A stretch of DNA of 63,821 nt, taken from positions 124,180-188,000 of the forward strand of contig NC_135823.1 in assembly GCF_964213995.1 (NCBI RefSeq). Direction: 5' to 3'. This document shows positions 63,310 through 63,821 of the stretch, in pieces. This stretch comes from Mustelus asterias. Its lineage: Eukaryota. A program made the translations under genes and the position numbers. Numbering within the stretch: position 1 is the stretch's first letter; every line of letters starts with the position of its first letter. The notes under the pieces were generated by a model. That model was not told the origin of the DNA and ran no database searches. It saw only the letters and a program-made list of their open reading frames with translations.

Positions 63310-63790
63310 GAGGCAATGGCCGAGTGGCATTATCACTGGACTTAATCCAAAAACTCAGCTAATGAGGCATAGATCGGGTGGACTCTCAGAGGCTTTTTCC
63401 CAGTGTGGAAATGGCTGCTACGAGAGGACACAGGTTTAAGGCGCTGGGGGGTAGGTACAGGGGAAATGTTAGGGGGAGGTTTTTCACACAGACGGTGGTG
63501 GGCGAGTGGGATCGGCTGCCGTCAGTGGTGGTGGAGGCAAACTCAATAGGGTCTTTTAAGAGACTCCTGGATGAGTACATGGGACTTAATAGGATGGAGG
63601 GCTCTCGGTAGGCCGAAAAGGTAGGGATATGTTCGGCACAACTTGTGGGGCCGAAGGGCATGTTTTGTGCTGTAGTTTTCTATGTCTCTATGTTTCTAAT
63701 GTTCTGGGTACCCGAGTTCGAATCCCGCCACGGCAGAGAATGGAATTTAAATTTAATAAAAAATATGTGGAATTAAGAATCTACCAATTA
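63310..63790 (+). mobile_element. SacSINE1-like head interrupted by a CR1 3' fragment (63365-63697)
   Basis: CTAATG at both junctions; CR1 C-terminal motifs. Confidence 0.8.
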
Positions 63791-63821
63791 CAATGGTTAG
63801 CACTGTTGCCTAACAGTGCCA

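Overview
Repeat-rich vertebrate DNA, most likely from a shark (HE1-type tRNA-derived SINEs, HER1/CR1 LINEs, Rex1/Babar and Penelope elements), with N gaps at (GA)n arrays. Two things stand out. (1) A complete-looking 8-exon gene on the minus strand (24469->14071, ~339 aa as modelled by hand) encoding a non-rearranging antigen-receptor-like protein: leader, germline-joined V(J-like) domain, C1 domain, uncharged TM, and a tail with one YxxL motif. (2) A young endogenous retrovirus (46958-54870; 729-bp LTRs with ~10 mismatches; AAAC target-site duplication) inserted in a Penelope element. It has an N-terminally extended gag lacking a recognisable capsid, a 2H-phosphoesterase domain between protease and RT, a large pol/env deletion, and two unrelated env genes in tandem, each followed by its own polypurine tract. 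Also present: Penelope-derived minimal hammerhead ribozymes, solo LTRs, nested insertions, a near-perfect 74-nt hairpin and candidate CTCF sites. All calls come from manual reading; no database search was run.
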